The notes under the pieces are model-generated. The model did not search any database. It was not told where the DNA came from and saw only the letters and a list, made by a program, of their open reading frames with translations. Source: an uncultured Gammaproteobacteria bacterium (GTDB taxonomy: Bacteria; Patescibacteriota; Patescibacteriia; Patescibacteriales; UBA12465). From it: 52,049 nucleotides of DNA. Each line of letters opens with the position of its first letter. The stretch's first letter is position 1. Where the stretch lies: assembly GCA_964390115.1 (NCBI GenBank), contig CAYMGT010000001.1, positions 5,426-57,474 on the forward strand. Reading direction: 5' to 3'. Shown piece by piece: positions 27,274 to 35,763 of the stretch. Position numbers and translations under genes: made by a program.

Positions 27274-27712
27274 ATAACTTAAAAAAATACACATAGTTAG
27301 TTATACTTAACATTAAAGTATAGAATAAAGACATAACTTTTATATAGATTTTATTTAATTCATGACTATAAGCTGAACTAACAAAAAATAATGCTATAAC
27401 CAAAACAAACACTACTCCTAAAAAAAGTGGCATAAAAGTACTAGATATACCTAAAAAAGCTAGGAAAAATAAAGTAATAATATACATTATTCTTACCATT
27501 TTCTCTTTCTTTTTTATAATAACAATATTCAATAATATTGTTAAAAATATTGTTAACAACAAAGCTATAAAAATATTTTTCCAAATATATTCTTCAGGTC
27601 TTAAGCTATTAATGAAATATAATATAGATTGTCCTTTTATTGAAAGGCCAAAAAAAGCATTAAAAATGATAAAATTAATTTTTTCATGATATATTTTATT
27701 TTTAATGTACAA
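27272..27712 (-). CDS. Hypothetical integral membrane protein
   Basis: 146 aa with about 4 hydrophobic helices and no recognisable motif. Confidence 0.45.
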   Translation of the reverse strand: MYIKNKIYHEKINFIIFNAFFGLSIKGQSILYFINSLRPEEYIWKNIFIALLLTIFLTILLNIVIIKKKEKMVRIMYIITLFFLAFLGISSTFMPLFLGVVFVLVIALFFVSSAYSHELNKIYIKVMSLFYTLMLSITNYVYFFKL

Positions 27713-27778
27713 TAATTTATTAAAATTACATTAAAATAATATATAATAAAAACATTATACCCATCAAGAAAATTTATC

Positions 27779-30238
27779 TTAAATTACTTTCTTTAAATAC
27801 TGTCCGGTATAACTTTTTTTTATTTTAGCAACTTCCTCAGGCGTGCCCTCGGCCACAATCTCCCCACCTTTATCTCCACCTTCTGGTCCCAAGTCTATTA
27901 CCCAATCAACTGATTTTATAACATCTAAATTATGTTCAATAATCAAAACTGTATTACCTTTATCTACTAGCTGATGCAAGACTTTCAAAAGCCTATCAAT
28001 ATCAGAAAAATGCAATCCCGTAGTTGGCTCATCTAAAATATATAAAGTTTTTCCTGTGGCTCTACGAGATAACTCAGTGGCTAATTTTATCCTTTGCGCC
28101 TCTCCGCCAGACAAGGTAGTAGCAGGTTGACCTAATTTAATATAACCTAAGCCAACATCATAAAGAGTGCTAAGTTTTTGATAAATTGTAGAATTTCTTC
28201 TAAAAAAAAGTCTCGCTTCCTCAACAGTCATTTCTAAAATATCATAAATATTTTTATCCCTATAATATATATCTAAAACTTTCTTACGATAACGTTTGCC
28301 TGAACAAACATCACATTTAACATACACGTCAGACAAAAATTGCATCTCTATTTTTATCCAACCCTCCCCTGAACAATTTTCACAACGCCCACCTGCTACA
28401 TTAAAAGAAAAAGATCCGGCGTCATAGCCCTTCAACTTAGCCTCTGGAACTTCAGCAAATAATTCTCTAATAGATGTAAAAGCACCTGTGTATGTAGCAG
28501 CGTTAGATCTTGGTGTTCTGCCAATTGGCGACTGATCTATATTTATTACTTTATCAATATTTTCTAATCCCTTTATTTCTTGATGTTTACCAGGAAATGT
28601 TTTAGCCCGATAAAACTTTTTACTAAGAGCTCTAGCTAAAATATCAGTCATTAAAGTTGATTTACCTGAACCCGAGACACCAGTGATAGCCACAAATTTT
28701 CCCAAAGGTATTTTTACATTAATGTTTTTAAGATTATGTTCTGAAGCCTTAATTATTTCTATATTCTTATTATTTCCCTTATGCTTATCTTTTGGAGATT
28801 CTATTTTTTTCAACCCTGAAATATACTGACCTGTTAATGATTTTTTACTCTTCATTAATTGACTAGCCGTACCCTGAAAAACAATATACCCGCCATGCTC
28901 TCCTGCTCCAGGGCCAACATCAATAATATGATCAGCTGCTAAAATTGTTGCTTCATCATGTTCTACAACTATAACCGAGTTACCCTTTTCTTTTAAAGTT
29001 TTTAGGGTCTTTATCAACTTATTATTATCTCTTTGATGTAAACCAATAGATGGCTCATCTAATATATACAAAACTCCAACTAAAGAAGAACCTGCTTGAG
29101 TAGCTAACCTTATTCTCTGTGCTTCACCGCCAGAAAGCGTTACAGCGCTTCTATCTAAAGTTAAATACTCTAAACCAACATTTTCTAAAAATCCAAGCCT
29201 AGCCTTTATTTCTCTATTTATAGGTCCATATACCTGCTTAGCGCCAATTAACATTTTAGTATCCTTATTAATGTCATTTAATAATTTTTTTAATTCTGTG
29301 ATATTTAAATTAACAAAGTCATTAATATTATAATTTAATATTTTAACCGCTAAAAATTCTGGCTTTAGTCTTTTGCCAATACAACCCGAGCACAGTAAAA
29401 CTCGCATGTATTGACTTAGTTCTTGATAAATATATTGAGATTCGGTTTCATCATATTTTTCTTGCAAAAAGGGAACAATGCCTTGCCAATCATTTTTCCC
29501 ATATAAAATAGTTTTAATTTCTTCTTTAGGTAAAAGATTTAAACTTTCATCTAAATTAATACTATATTTTTCTGCCACCTTCTTCATATCTTTTAATAAT
29601 TGACTCAAACCCGTCACTCTACATTTAGACAGCGGTCTAATAGCTCCTTGATTAAAACTAAGTTTTTCATTGATTATTAGTTTTGGATCTAATTCTAATT
29701 TTGTGCCTAGGCCCTTGCAAACAGTACAAGCTCCTCGCGAAGAATTAAAAGAAAAATCTCCTGACTTTAATTCAGTCATATGAAAATTACAATCTCTACA
29801 CACTAAAAAAACAGAGGGGTTATGTTGACTGTCTTTAGAGATGAGTTTAATAAGTTTTTTGTGACAAACTGGGCAATGCGGAACTCCTATCTTAGCAAAC
29901 ATAAGTCTTAAGTAGTCATATATTTCAGTAATAGTGCCAACTGTTGAGCGAGGGTTTCTAGAAACTGATTTTTGATCAATGGAAATTGCTGGAGATAGTC
30001 CCTCAATCATTTCCACGTCCGGTTTATCCATTAAATCTATAAATTGACGAGCGTAAGATGATAAAGACTCAACATATCTTCTTTGTCCCTCAGCATAAAT
30101 TGTATCAAAAGCTAAAGAAGATTTACCTGAACCAGAAAGTCCGGTTATAACTACAAATTTATTTCTCGGTAATTTTACATTAACGTTTTTTAGATTATTT
30201 ACCTTTGCCCCTTTTATTTCAATAAATTTTTTTTCCAT
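27779..30238 (-). CDS. uvrA: UvrA-family ABC ATPase lacking the UvrB-binding domain (class II-like)
   Basis: [28 protein letters not shown], two LSGGEAQRI signatures, a second Walker [11 protein letters not shown], and [17 protein letters not shown]. Only about 21 aa separate CPVC from CRDC, where canonical UvrA carries a UvrB-binding domain of about 130 aa. The protein is 819 aa. Confidence 0.85.
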   Translation of the reverse strand: MEKKFIEIKGAKVNNLKNVNVKLPRNKFVVITGLSGSGKSSLAFDTIYAEGQRRYVESLSSYARQFIDLMDKPDVEMIEGLSPAISIDQKSVSRNPRSTVGTITEIYDYLRLMFAKIGVPHCPVCHKKLIKLISKDSQHNPSVFLVCRDCNFHMTELKSGDFSFNSSRGACTVCKGLGTKLELDPKLIINEKLSFNQGAIRPLSKCRVTGLSQLLKDMKKVAEKYSINLDESLNLLPKEEIKTILYGKNDWQGIVPFLQEKYDETESQYIYQELSQYMRVLLCSGCIGKRLKPEFLAVKILNYNINDFVNLNITELKKLLNDINKDTKMLIGAKQVYGPINREIKARLGFLENVGLEYLTLDRSAVTLSGGEAQRIRLATQAGSSLVGVLYILDEPSIGLHQRDNNKLIKTLKTLKEKGNSVIVVEHDEATILAADHIIDVGPGAGEHGGYIVFQGTASQLMKSKKSLTGQYISGLKKIESPKDKHKGNNKNIEIIKASEHNLKNINVKIPLGKFVAITGVSGSGKSTLMTDILARALSKKFYRAKTFPGKHQEIKGLENIDKVINIDQSPIGRTPRSNAATYTGAFTSIRELFAEVPEAKLKGYDAGSFSFNVAGGRCENCSGEGWIKIEMQFLSDVYVKCDVCSGKRYRKKVLDIYYRDKNIYDILEMTVEEARLFFRRNSTIYQKLSTLYDVGLGYIKLGQPATTLSGGEAQRIKLATELSRRATGKTLYILDEPTTGLHFSDIDRLLKVLHQLVDKGNTVLIIEHNLDVIKSVDWVIDLGPEGGDKGGEIVAEGTPEEVAKIKKSYTGQYLKKVI

Positions 30239-30331
30239 ACAAAAAAATCGTTAAATTCATTATTAATAATTTAACTAATATTATACAGTAGATGTCCACA
30301 GAAAACAAGTACCACTACTACCGAACTATAA

Positions 30332-31369
30332 TTAAAAAATAGTATAAAACCAAGCAATAATTCTTATAATAAAATTATCCCAAAAGTATAGATTGTTTTT
30401 TTTAGGATCAATTAGTTTTGATTTTTTTATCCAAGTATTAGAAATTTTTAAAGCTTCTTTTAGTATAGTTTTATCGCTCAAAAAAACTCCTATTTCTGAA
30501 TTAAACTTTAAAGAAAAAATGTCTAAATTAGATGAACCAACAAAAACCTCACTGTCATCAATAATAATCATCTTAGCGTGATTCATTTCAGAAAAATAAT
30601 AAAATTTAATACCAAGATCTAAAAACTTTTTAATGAATACGCTGTTTACATAATTCATAAACCTAATGTCTGTTTTATAGGGAATAATAATCTCAATTTT
30701 AACTCCATTTAATTTAGCCTTATCTAAAAGAGCTATCAACCAACGAGGAGGTGTAAAATAAGGAGTAACTATTAATATTCTCTCCTTAGCATTTAAAAAT
30801 TTATCCGTATAATAACTATTTATCGTGGAAAGGTTCTCTTGTGGTTGATGGACTAAAATTTTATTTTTAATCTTCTTTAAAAGTGTTTTTTTATATAAAG
30901 AAAGAATAGTTTCATCTTTACCGCCACAAATTTTATAAGCATAAGCAAATTGTCTGGCCACGCTCTTTACTAATCCCTTAGCTTTTATTCTAATTTGTAA
31001 ATCATTCCATTTACTAATATTATTTCTTATATTAACCCCACCTAAAAATGCTATATTGTGATCAACTATAAGAATCTTTCTATGATTTCTTCTAAACCAA
31101 CTACTAGCAAATAAAAATTCAACACCTGATTTTTTTAACTCTTTAATAATTAAATTAGGAAAGTAATAACTGCCAAACTTATCAACAATAATAACCACCT
31201 TTACTCCTTCTTTAGCTTTTTCTTTAAGTAAGCCTATAAAATCATATTTAGGAGCAGTATCGGGTATAAAAATATACATTTCTAGAAAAATTCTTTCCTT
31301 AGCACGAGAAATAGCTTCTAACATCGCCACCCAAGCCTTCTCTGAAGTTATATATAGCTTATAATTCAT
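30332..31369 (-). CDS. Phospholipase D-family protein, cardiolipin-synthase-like (ClsB-like, no N-terminal TM)
   Basis: Two HKD motifs are present: HRKILIVDHNIAFLGGVNI and HAKMIIIDDSEVFVGSSNLD. Confidence 0.7.
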   Translation of the reverse strand: MNYKLYITSEKAWVAMLEAISRAKERIFLEMYIFIPDTAPKYDFIGLLKEKAKEGVKVVIIVDKFGSYYFPNLIIKELKKSGVEFLFASSWFRRNHRKILIVDHNIAFLGGVNIRNNISKWNDLQIRIKAKGLVKSVARQFAYAYKICGGKDETILSLYKKTLLKKIKNKILVHQPQENLSTINSYYTDKFLNAKERILIVTPYFTPPRWLIALLDKAKLNGVKIEIIIPYKTDIRFMNYVNSVFIKKFLDLGIKFYYFSEMNHAKMIIIDDSEVFVGSSNLDIFSLKFNSEIGVFLSDKTILKEALKISNTWIKKSKLIDPKKNNLYFWDNFIIRIIAWFYTIF

Positions 31370-31595
31370 AGTAGAAAATTACTTTCTAACTTATATCCTC
31401 TTAATATTATACAACAATTACTGTATTTTAGCTAAAATAAACTGTATATCTTAACATGAAATAAAATGAAGATTGGGACTAAAATATAGTTGCTCACTAT
31501 TAACAAAAGCATTTTTCATTGTTAACATAATACATTAAATATATACAAGTTTTTTAAAAAATAATTAAATTAATATTAATTTAAACTTCATAAAA

Positions 31596-31988
31596 ATGGC
31601 TAAGAGATCGATTAAAGTAGTATTAACAATGCTGTGTTTAATGACATTTTTTCAAACTACAACAGCACAATATGAAATAAAAGAGATAAGCTCAGAAACT
31701 ACAATTGAGTTTATTAAAACTAACCTTACTCCCATAAATGACTCTGTGGGCGTCATAAGAAGTGAACATTATTTTTACTATTATAATTTGCTCGATACCA
31801 AGTTTCTCGCTGTAATTGATATAGAAAACAAGCAAATTGATTTAATTGGTGTTTATGGTTTTGATTATTGGCTTATGAACTATAAAGAAACCGGAAAAGC
31901 CGTAAAACAAATTAAAAAAAGCCTTTTCACAATTGAAAAGGCTGATATTTTTTTAACATTATGGCAACCTAATTGTCGCAAAGATTAG
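31596..31988 (+). CDS. Hypothetical secreted protein (orphan)
   Basis: A signal-peptide-like N-terminus (MAKRSIKVVLTMLCLMTFFQTTTAQ) is present and a hairpin terminator follows. I recognise no family. Confidence 0.45.
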   Translation: MAKRSIKVVLTMLCLMTFFQTTTAQYEIKEISSETTIEFIKTNLTPINDSVGVIRSEHYFYYYNLLDTKFLAVIDIENKQIDLIGVYGFDYWLMNYKETGKAVKQIKKSLFTIEKADIFLTLWQPNCRKD

Positions 31989-32005
31989 GTTTACATTAAA
32001 AAACA

Positions 32006-32036
32006 AAAAAGCTGTAATTAAATACTACAGCTTTTT
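32006..32036. terminator. Intrinsic terminator hairpin
   Basis: AGCTGTA 32010-32016 pairs with TACAGCT 32026-32032, flanked by A and T runs. Confidence 0.55.
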
Positions 32037-32043
32037 CTATTTG

Positions 32044-32115
32044 TAGTCCCTAGGGGAATCGAACCCCTGTTTCCAGGATGAAAACCTGGCGTCCTAACCA
32101 CTAGACGAAGGGACC
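32044..32115 (-). tRNA. tRNA-Glu, anticodon UUC
   Basis: The reverse complement folds as GGTCCCT-TC-GTCT-AGTGGTTA-GGAC-G-CCAGG-TTTTCAT-CCTGG-AAAC-AGGGG-TTCGATT-CCCCT-AGGGACT-A. CCA is not encoded. Confidence 0.9.
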
Positions 32116-32242
32116 AGAAAAAATTAATAAAAACATCCCAAAAGGATGGCCTTTAAAATTTACTCTAATCTTATTGCACTAAGATTATAAATCAATTATA
32201 ATCTAGCTATAGTATAAATAATTTAAAAACGTAAGTCAAGAT

Positions 32243-33277
32243 ATGATAATCTTAGGCATTGAAACTAGTTGCGACGAAAGCGCTGCTAGCATAATTAAAG
32301 TAAATAAAAAAAACAAAGAAGTGCAGGTTTTAAGCAACATTATCTCTTCACAAATTGAAATACATCAAAAATATGGTGGTGTAGTCCCCGAAGTAGCTGC
32401 CAGGGAACATGTTTTTAATTTATTACCAGTTATAAACAAGTCTTTAAAAAAGGCTAATTTAAATATAAGTAAAGTTGATGAAATCGTCGTTACAACTGGC
32501 CCCGGTTTAATTACTTCTCTTATAACAGGCGTACAAACAGCTAAAACTTTAAGTTATGCTTTTAATAAAAAATTAAAAGGAGTAGATCATATAAGTGGTC
32601 ATATATATTCACCCTTTATAGATAATTGGAAAAATATAAAATTTCCTGCCATGTCTTTAACAGTTTCAGGTGGTCATACTAATTTAGTACTAATGCTGTC
32701 AGAAACAAAAATTAAAAAAATCGGTAAAAGCTTAGATGATGCCGCCGGAGAAGCTTATGACAAAGCCGCAAAAATGATGGGACTTGGCTACCCCGGGGGT
32801 CCAATAATATCGACTTTAGGCCAGAGTTTCCTGGACTTAAGTATAGAAAATAAATTAGAAAAATTACCCAGACCAATGCTACATAGTCCAAATTTTAACT
32901 TTTCATTTTCTGGTCTTAAAACCTCTCTTCTTTATAGACTACAAAAAGATAAAAATTGGAAAAAAAATATAGCAGAATATTGCTATTTATATCAAGAAGC
33001 AATTACTGAAATACTAATTAAAAAAACTTTAAAAGCAGCTAAAAAATACCAAGTTAAGAGTATTTTAGTTTCAGGCGGAGTTTCAGCCAATAAACAACTA
33101 AGGCAGGGATTTACTGCGATAAGTCAAAAAGAAAACTTAAAATTATTTTTATCTGATTTACAATATACTACAGATAATGCTACAATGATTGCCATGGCAA
33201 GTATATTTACAGAAAATACTAACATTAAAGATAACTGGAAAAAACTTAAGGCTAAAACAGAAAGTGATTTTAAATAA
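32243..33277 (+). CDS. tsaD: tRNA N6-adenosine threonylcarbamoyltransferase
   Basis: MIILGIETSCDESAAS, VPEVAAREH, DHISGHIYS and GYPGGP motifs of Kae1/TsaD are present. Confidence 0.92.
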   Translation: MIILGIETSCDESAASIIKVNKKNKEVQVLSNIISSQIEIHQKYGGVVPEVAAREHVFNLLPVINKSLKKANLNISKVDEIVVTTGPGLITSLITGVQTAKTLSYAFNKKLKGVDHISGHIYSPFIDNWKNIKFPAMSLTVSGGHTNLVLMLSETKIKKIGKSLDDAAGEAYDKAAKMMGLGYPGGPIISTLGQSFLDLSIENKLEKLPRPMLHSPNFNFSFSGLKTSLLYRLQKDKNWKKNIAEYCYLYQEAITEILIKKTLKAAKKYQVKSILVSGGVSANKQLRQGFTAISQKENLKLFLSDLQYTTDNATMIAMASIFTENTNIKDNWKKLKAKTESDFK

Positions 33278-33282
33278 ATTAA

Positions 33283-33356
33283 GGCTCAGTGGCGAAGTGG
33301 TCTAACGCTGCGGTTTGCAAAACCGTTATTCATCGGTTCGAATCCGATCTGAGCCT
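33283..33356 (+). tRNA. tRNA-Cys, anticodon GCA
   Basis: GGCTCAG-TG-GCGA-AGTGGTCTA-ACGC-T-GCGGT-TTGCAAA-ACCGT-TATTC-ATCGG-TTCGAAT-CCGAT-CTGAGCC-T. The discriminator is U73. CCA is not encoded. Confidence 0.9.
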
Positions 33357-33364
33357 CAATATAG

Positions 33365-33389
33365 ATAGGAAATAGATCCTATTTTTTTA
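33365..33389 (+). terminator. Intrinsic terminator after tRNA-Cys
   Basis: ATAGGA 33365-33370 pairs with TCCTAT 33377-33382, followed by a T run. Confidence 0.45.
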
Positions 33390-33559
33390 TATCGACTCCT
33401 GTTAATTAAAACTGTGGATAACTTGTGTTTTAAGTGTATAAGTGGCCAAGTTTAGTCAACAGAACCTTGGACTAAAGTTGTTGATAACTTTTATATTATA
33501 TTTATTTTTTGGCTAATATTAAATAAATAATCCCAATTATTACATAAACCTTGTTTATG

Positions 33560-33588
33560 TTGACCCCCTCTTTCAAATATGCTATAAT
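33560..33588 (+). promoter_or_regulatory. Near-consensus sigma70-type promoter with extended -10
   Basis: TTGACC (33560-33565), a 17-nt spacer, then TGc-TATAAT (33583-33588). Confidence 0.5.
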
Positions 33589-33594
33589 ATAATT

Positions 33595-33862
33595 ACTTAA
33601 GTTAATAAAATATTGTACTTAACGTAAATTGAAAAAATATTTTCTGGTTAAATTATAAAAAGAATAAATAGCTTAAATTATTTAAATAATATAGATAATT
33701 TAAACTACTAACTGGAAAATAGGATTAATGAATTATCTTTAAATCTAAATCTTTAATAAATATAAAGATTAAATAGATAAGGATAATTCGGCTCAATACT
33801 AGGCAAAAATAATAATATTTTATATATAAACATATAAAAAGGCCCTGTATTGGGCCTTTTTT
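33595..33862 (+). ncRNA. Candidate noncoding transcript of about 270 nt (orphan promoter-to-terminator unit)
   Basis: No ORF longer than about 11 codons is present. The unit is bounded by the promoter above and a strong terminator (GGCCC 33841-33845 / GGGCC 33852-33856 plus T6). Internal hairpins are 33593-33602 / 33617-33627 and GAATTATC 33730-33737 / GATAATTC 33782-33789. Confidence 0.3.
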
Positions 33863-33910
33863 ATTATAAAAAAATTACTATAGTTAAAGCAGCTATTTCC
33901 CTTTTAATCA

Positions 33911-33939
33911 TTGACAAATTGAATATATTACCTTAAAAT
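33911..33939 (+). promoter_or_regulatory. Putative promoter of the MFP-RND operon
   Basis: TTGACA (33911-33916), a 17-nt spacer, then TAAAAT (33934-33939). It lies downstream of the 33836-33862 terminator. Confidence 0.4.
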
Positions 33940-33995
33940 AACAAAACTGTTTAAATACAGGAAGAAATATTAATAAAAAATTATATAAAAAATAT

Positions 33996-35762
33996 ATGAA
34001 TAAAAAGAAACCTAAAAGTCTAATGATAATTGTGATTATAGTTATATTTATAGCTTTAGGCGCAGTGGCCTATGCTCGACTAAATCCAGGTGAGCCAAAA
34101 AATGTAGAAAATGACACCATAAAACAATCTCCTATATTAGTAGAGGCTTTACTTATAACTCCCGATAAAGATCTTGACCTGTATTTGGAAACAGTTGCTT
34201 CAATTGAACCTCAAACTAAAGTTAATGTTGTTGCCATGGGAAGTGGCACTGTTAAAAGCCTACCCTTTGATATTGGAGATAAAGTAAATAATTCTCAAAT
34301 ACTAGCTTACTTAAGCAGTGGATTAACTCAAACGAGTTTTTTAAATGCTCAAACCAACTACTATAATATGCTTAGCAACTTAGAATCTGTTAAAAGAACT
34401 ACCGCTCAACAAGTAAATCAAGCTGAAGTTGGTATAAAACAGGCTGAAGAAGCGGTAAATAGCGCCAAGAACTCTTTAAATACTGCCCGAAAAAACTATG
34501 AAGCCTCTCTAAATTTACAAGATAATAACAAAGAAAACCTACAGACCAATGCAATTACTTCTTTTAGTTCATATTTACTAGGAATAAAAGATTCTTTAGA
34601 GGATGTAAACTATATTATTAATGCTGAGACCGGAGAACAGTTGCCAGGAATCTCTCAAACTTTAAGCGCTAAAGACTTTACTGCTTTAAACATGGCAAAA
34701 AATGATTATTTAGAGACTAAGAGAGAGTATAACAATATAATGAATGTGGAAGTAAATAAAGATAATTTAGAAATTTCTTTAGAAAAAGTAATAAATGTAA
34801 TTAAACTGAGTAAAAAGACAATTAATGATACTATTGTAGTTCTGGATAAAACAGTCTCCAGTAGTCACTTAAGCCAATCAAGTCTTGATGCTCAAAGACA
34901 AGCTTTTTCTGGCTTATATTCACAAATGATTGGAATATTACAATTAGCTGAAAATACCTTAAATAATCTAAAAACTTTAAAAATAAATCAAGAAAAAGAG
35001 CTAATAAGTTTAGAGAACTCTGTAGAGTCTGCAAAAAATCAATTAAACTTAGCTGAATTATCAGCTAATAACGCTCTAATTACTCTACAATCTAGTCAAC
35101 AAGCCAAGCAACAGCAAATTCTTGCGGCCAGCTCGCAAGTAGACAACGCTCTAGGTCAACTTAATTTAAACCAAGAACAGTTATCAAATTTAGTTATCAA
35201 AGCACCAATTTCTGGTCAAATTACTGCTAAAACTATAGAAATAGGCACTGAACTAAATCCTGGGCAAAAAATTGCAGAAATTGCTAAATTAGATATGTTA
35301 AAAATTGAAGCCAATATTTCACCAGATAGTGCTATTGGCTTAAGTGTTGGTCAAAAAATTATCATTAATGATGAAATTGAAACAGAAATAAGCACTATTT
35401 CTCCTAACGCAGATCCAATTACTAAGAAAATTAAAATTGAAGGTCTGGTTGATAATTCTGAAAAAAAATTAACTCCAGGTACTTTTATAAACATTAAAAT
35501 TAAACAAAGAGATAGTAAAACAATTGAAAATGGTGTAGTAAAAATTCCTTTAGAAGCTGTACATATAACTCAAACAGAGAACTATGTTTTCTTGGCTATA
35601 AAATCAGAAAATAATCAATTAATCGCTAAAAAATCTGTGGTTACGCTTGGAGAAACTGAAAAAAATCTTATTGAAATAAATAATGGAATTAAGGCTAATG
35701 ATCAGGTGATAGTTTCTGGAACTAAACTACTTCAAGATGGAGACTTAATAATGACTAAATAA
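33996..35762 (+). CDS. Efflux periplasmic adaptor (MFP/HlyD family) with an unusually long alpha-helical insertion
   Basis: N-terminal TM anchor, lipoyl half-motifs (VKSLPFDIGDKVNNSQILAYL ... VIKAPISGQI), and a C-terminal beta-barrel or MP domain. About 290 aa of heptad-like helical sequence lie between the half-motifs. Confidence 0.75.
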   Translation: MNKKKPKSLMIIVIIVIFIALGAVAYARLNPGEPKNVENDTIKQSPILVEALLITPDKDLDLYLETVASIEPQTKVNVVAMGSGTVKSLPFDIGDKVNNSQILAYLSSGLTQTSFLNAQTNYYNMLSNLESVKRTTAQQVNQAEVGIKQAEEAVNSAKNSLNTARKNYEASLNLQDNNKENLQTNAITSFSSYLLGIKDSLEDVNYIINAETGEQLPGISQTLSAKDFTALNMAKNDYLETKREYNNIMNVEVNKDNLEISLEKVINVIKLSKKTINDTIVVLDKTVSSSHLSQSSLDAQRQAFSGLYSQMIGILQLAENTLNNLKTLKINQEKELISLENSVESAKNQLNLAELSANNALITLQSSQQAKQQQILAASSQVDNALGQLNLNQEQLSNLVIKAPISGQITAKTIEIGTELNPGQKIAEIAKLDMLKIEANISPDSAIGLSVGQKIIINDEIETEISTISPNADPITKKIKIEGLVDNSEKKLTPGTFINIKIKQRDSKTIENGVVKIPLEAVHITQTENYVFLAIKSENNQLIAKKSVVTLGETEKNLIEINNGIKANDQVIVSGTKLLQDGDLIMTK

Positions 35763-35763
35763 T

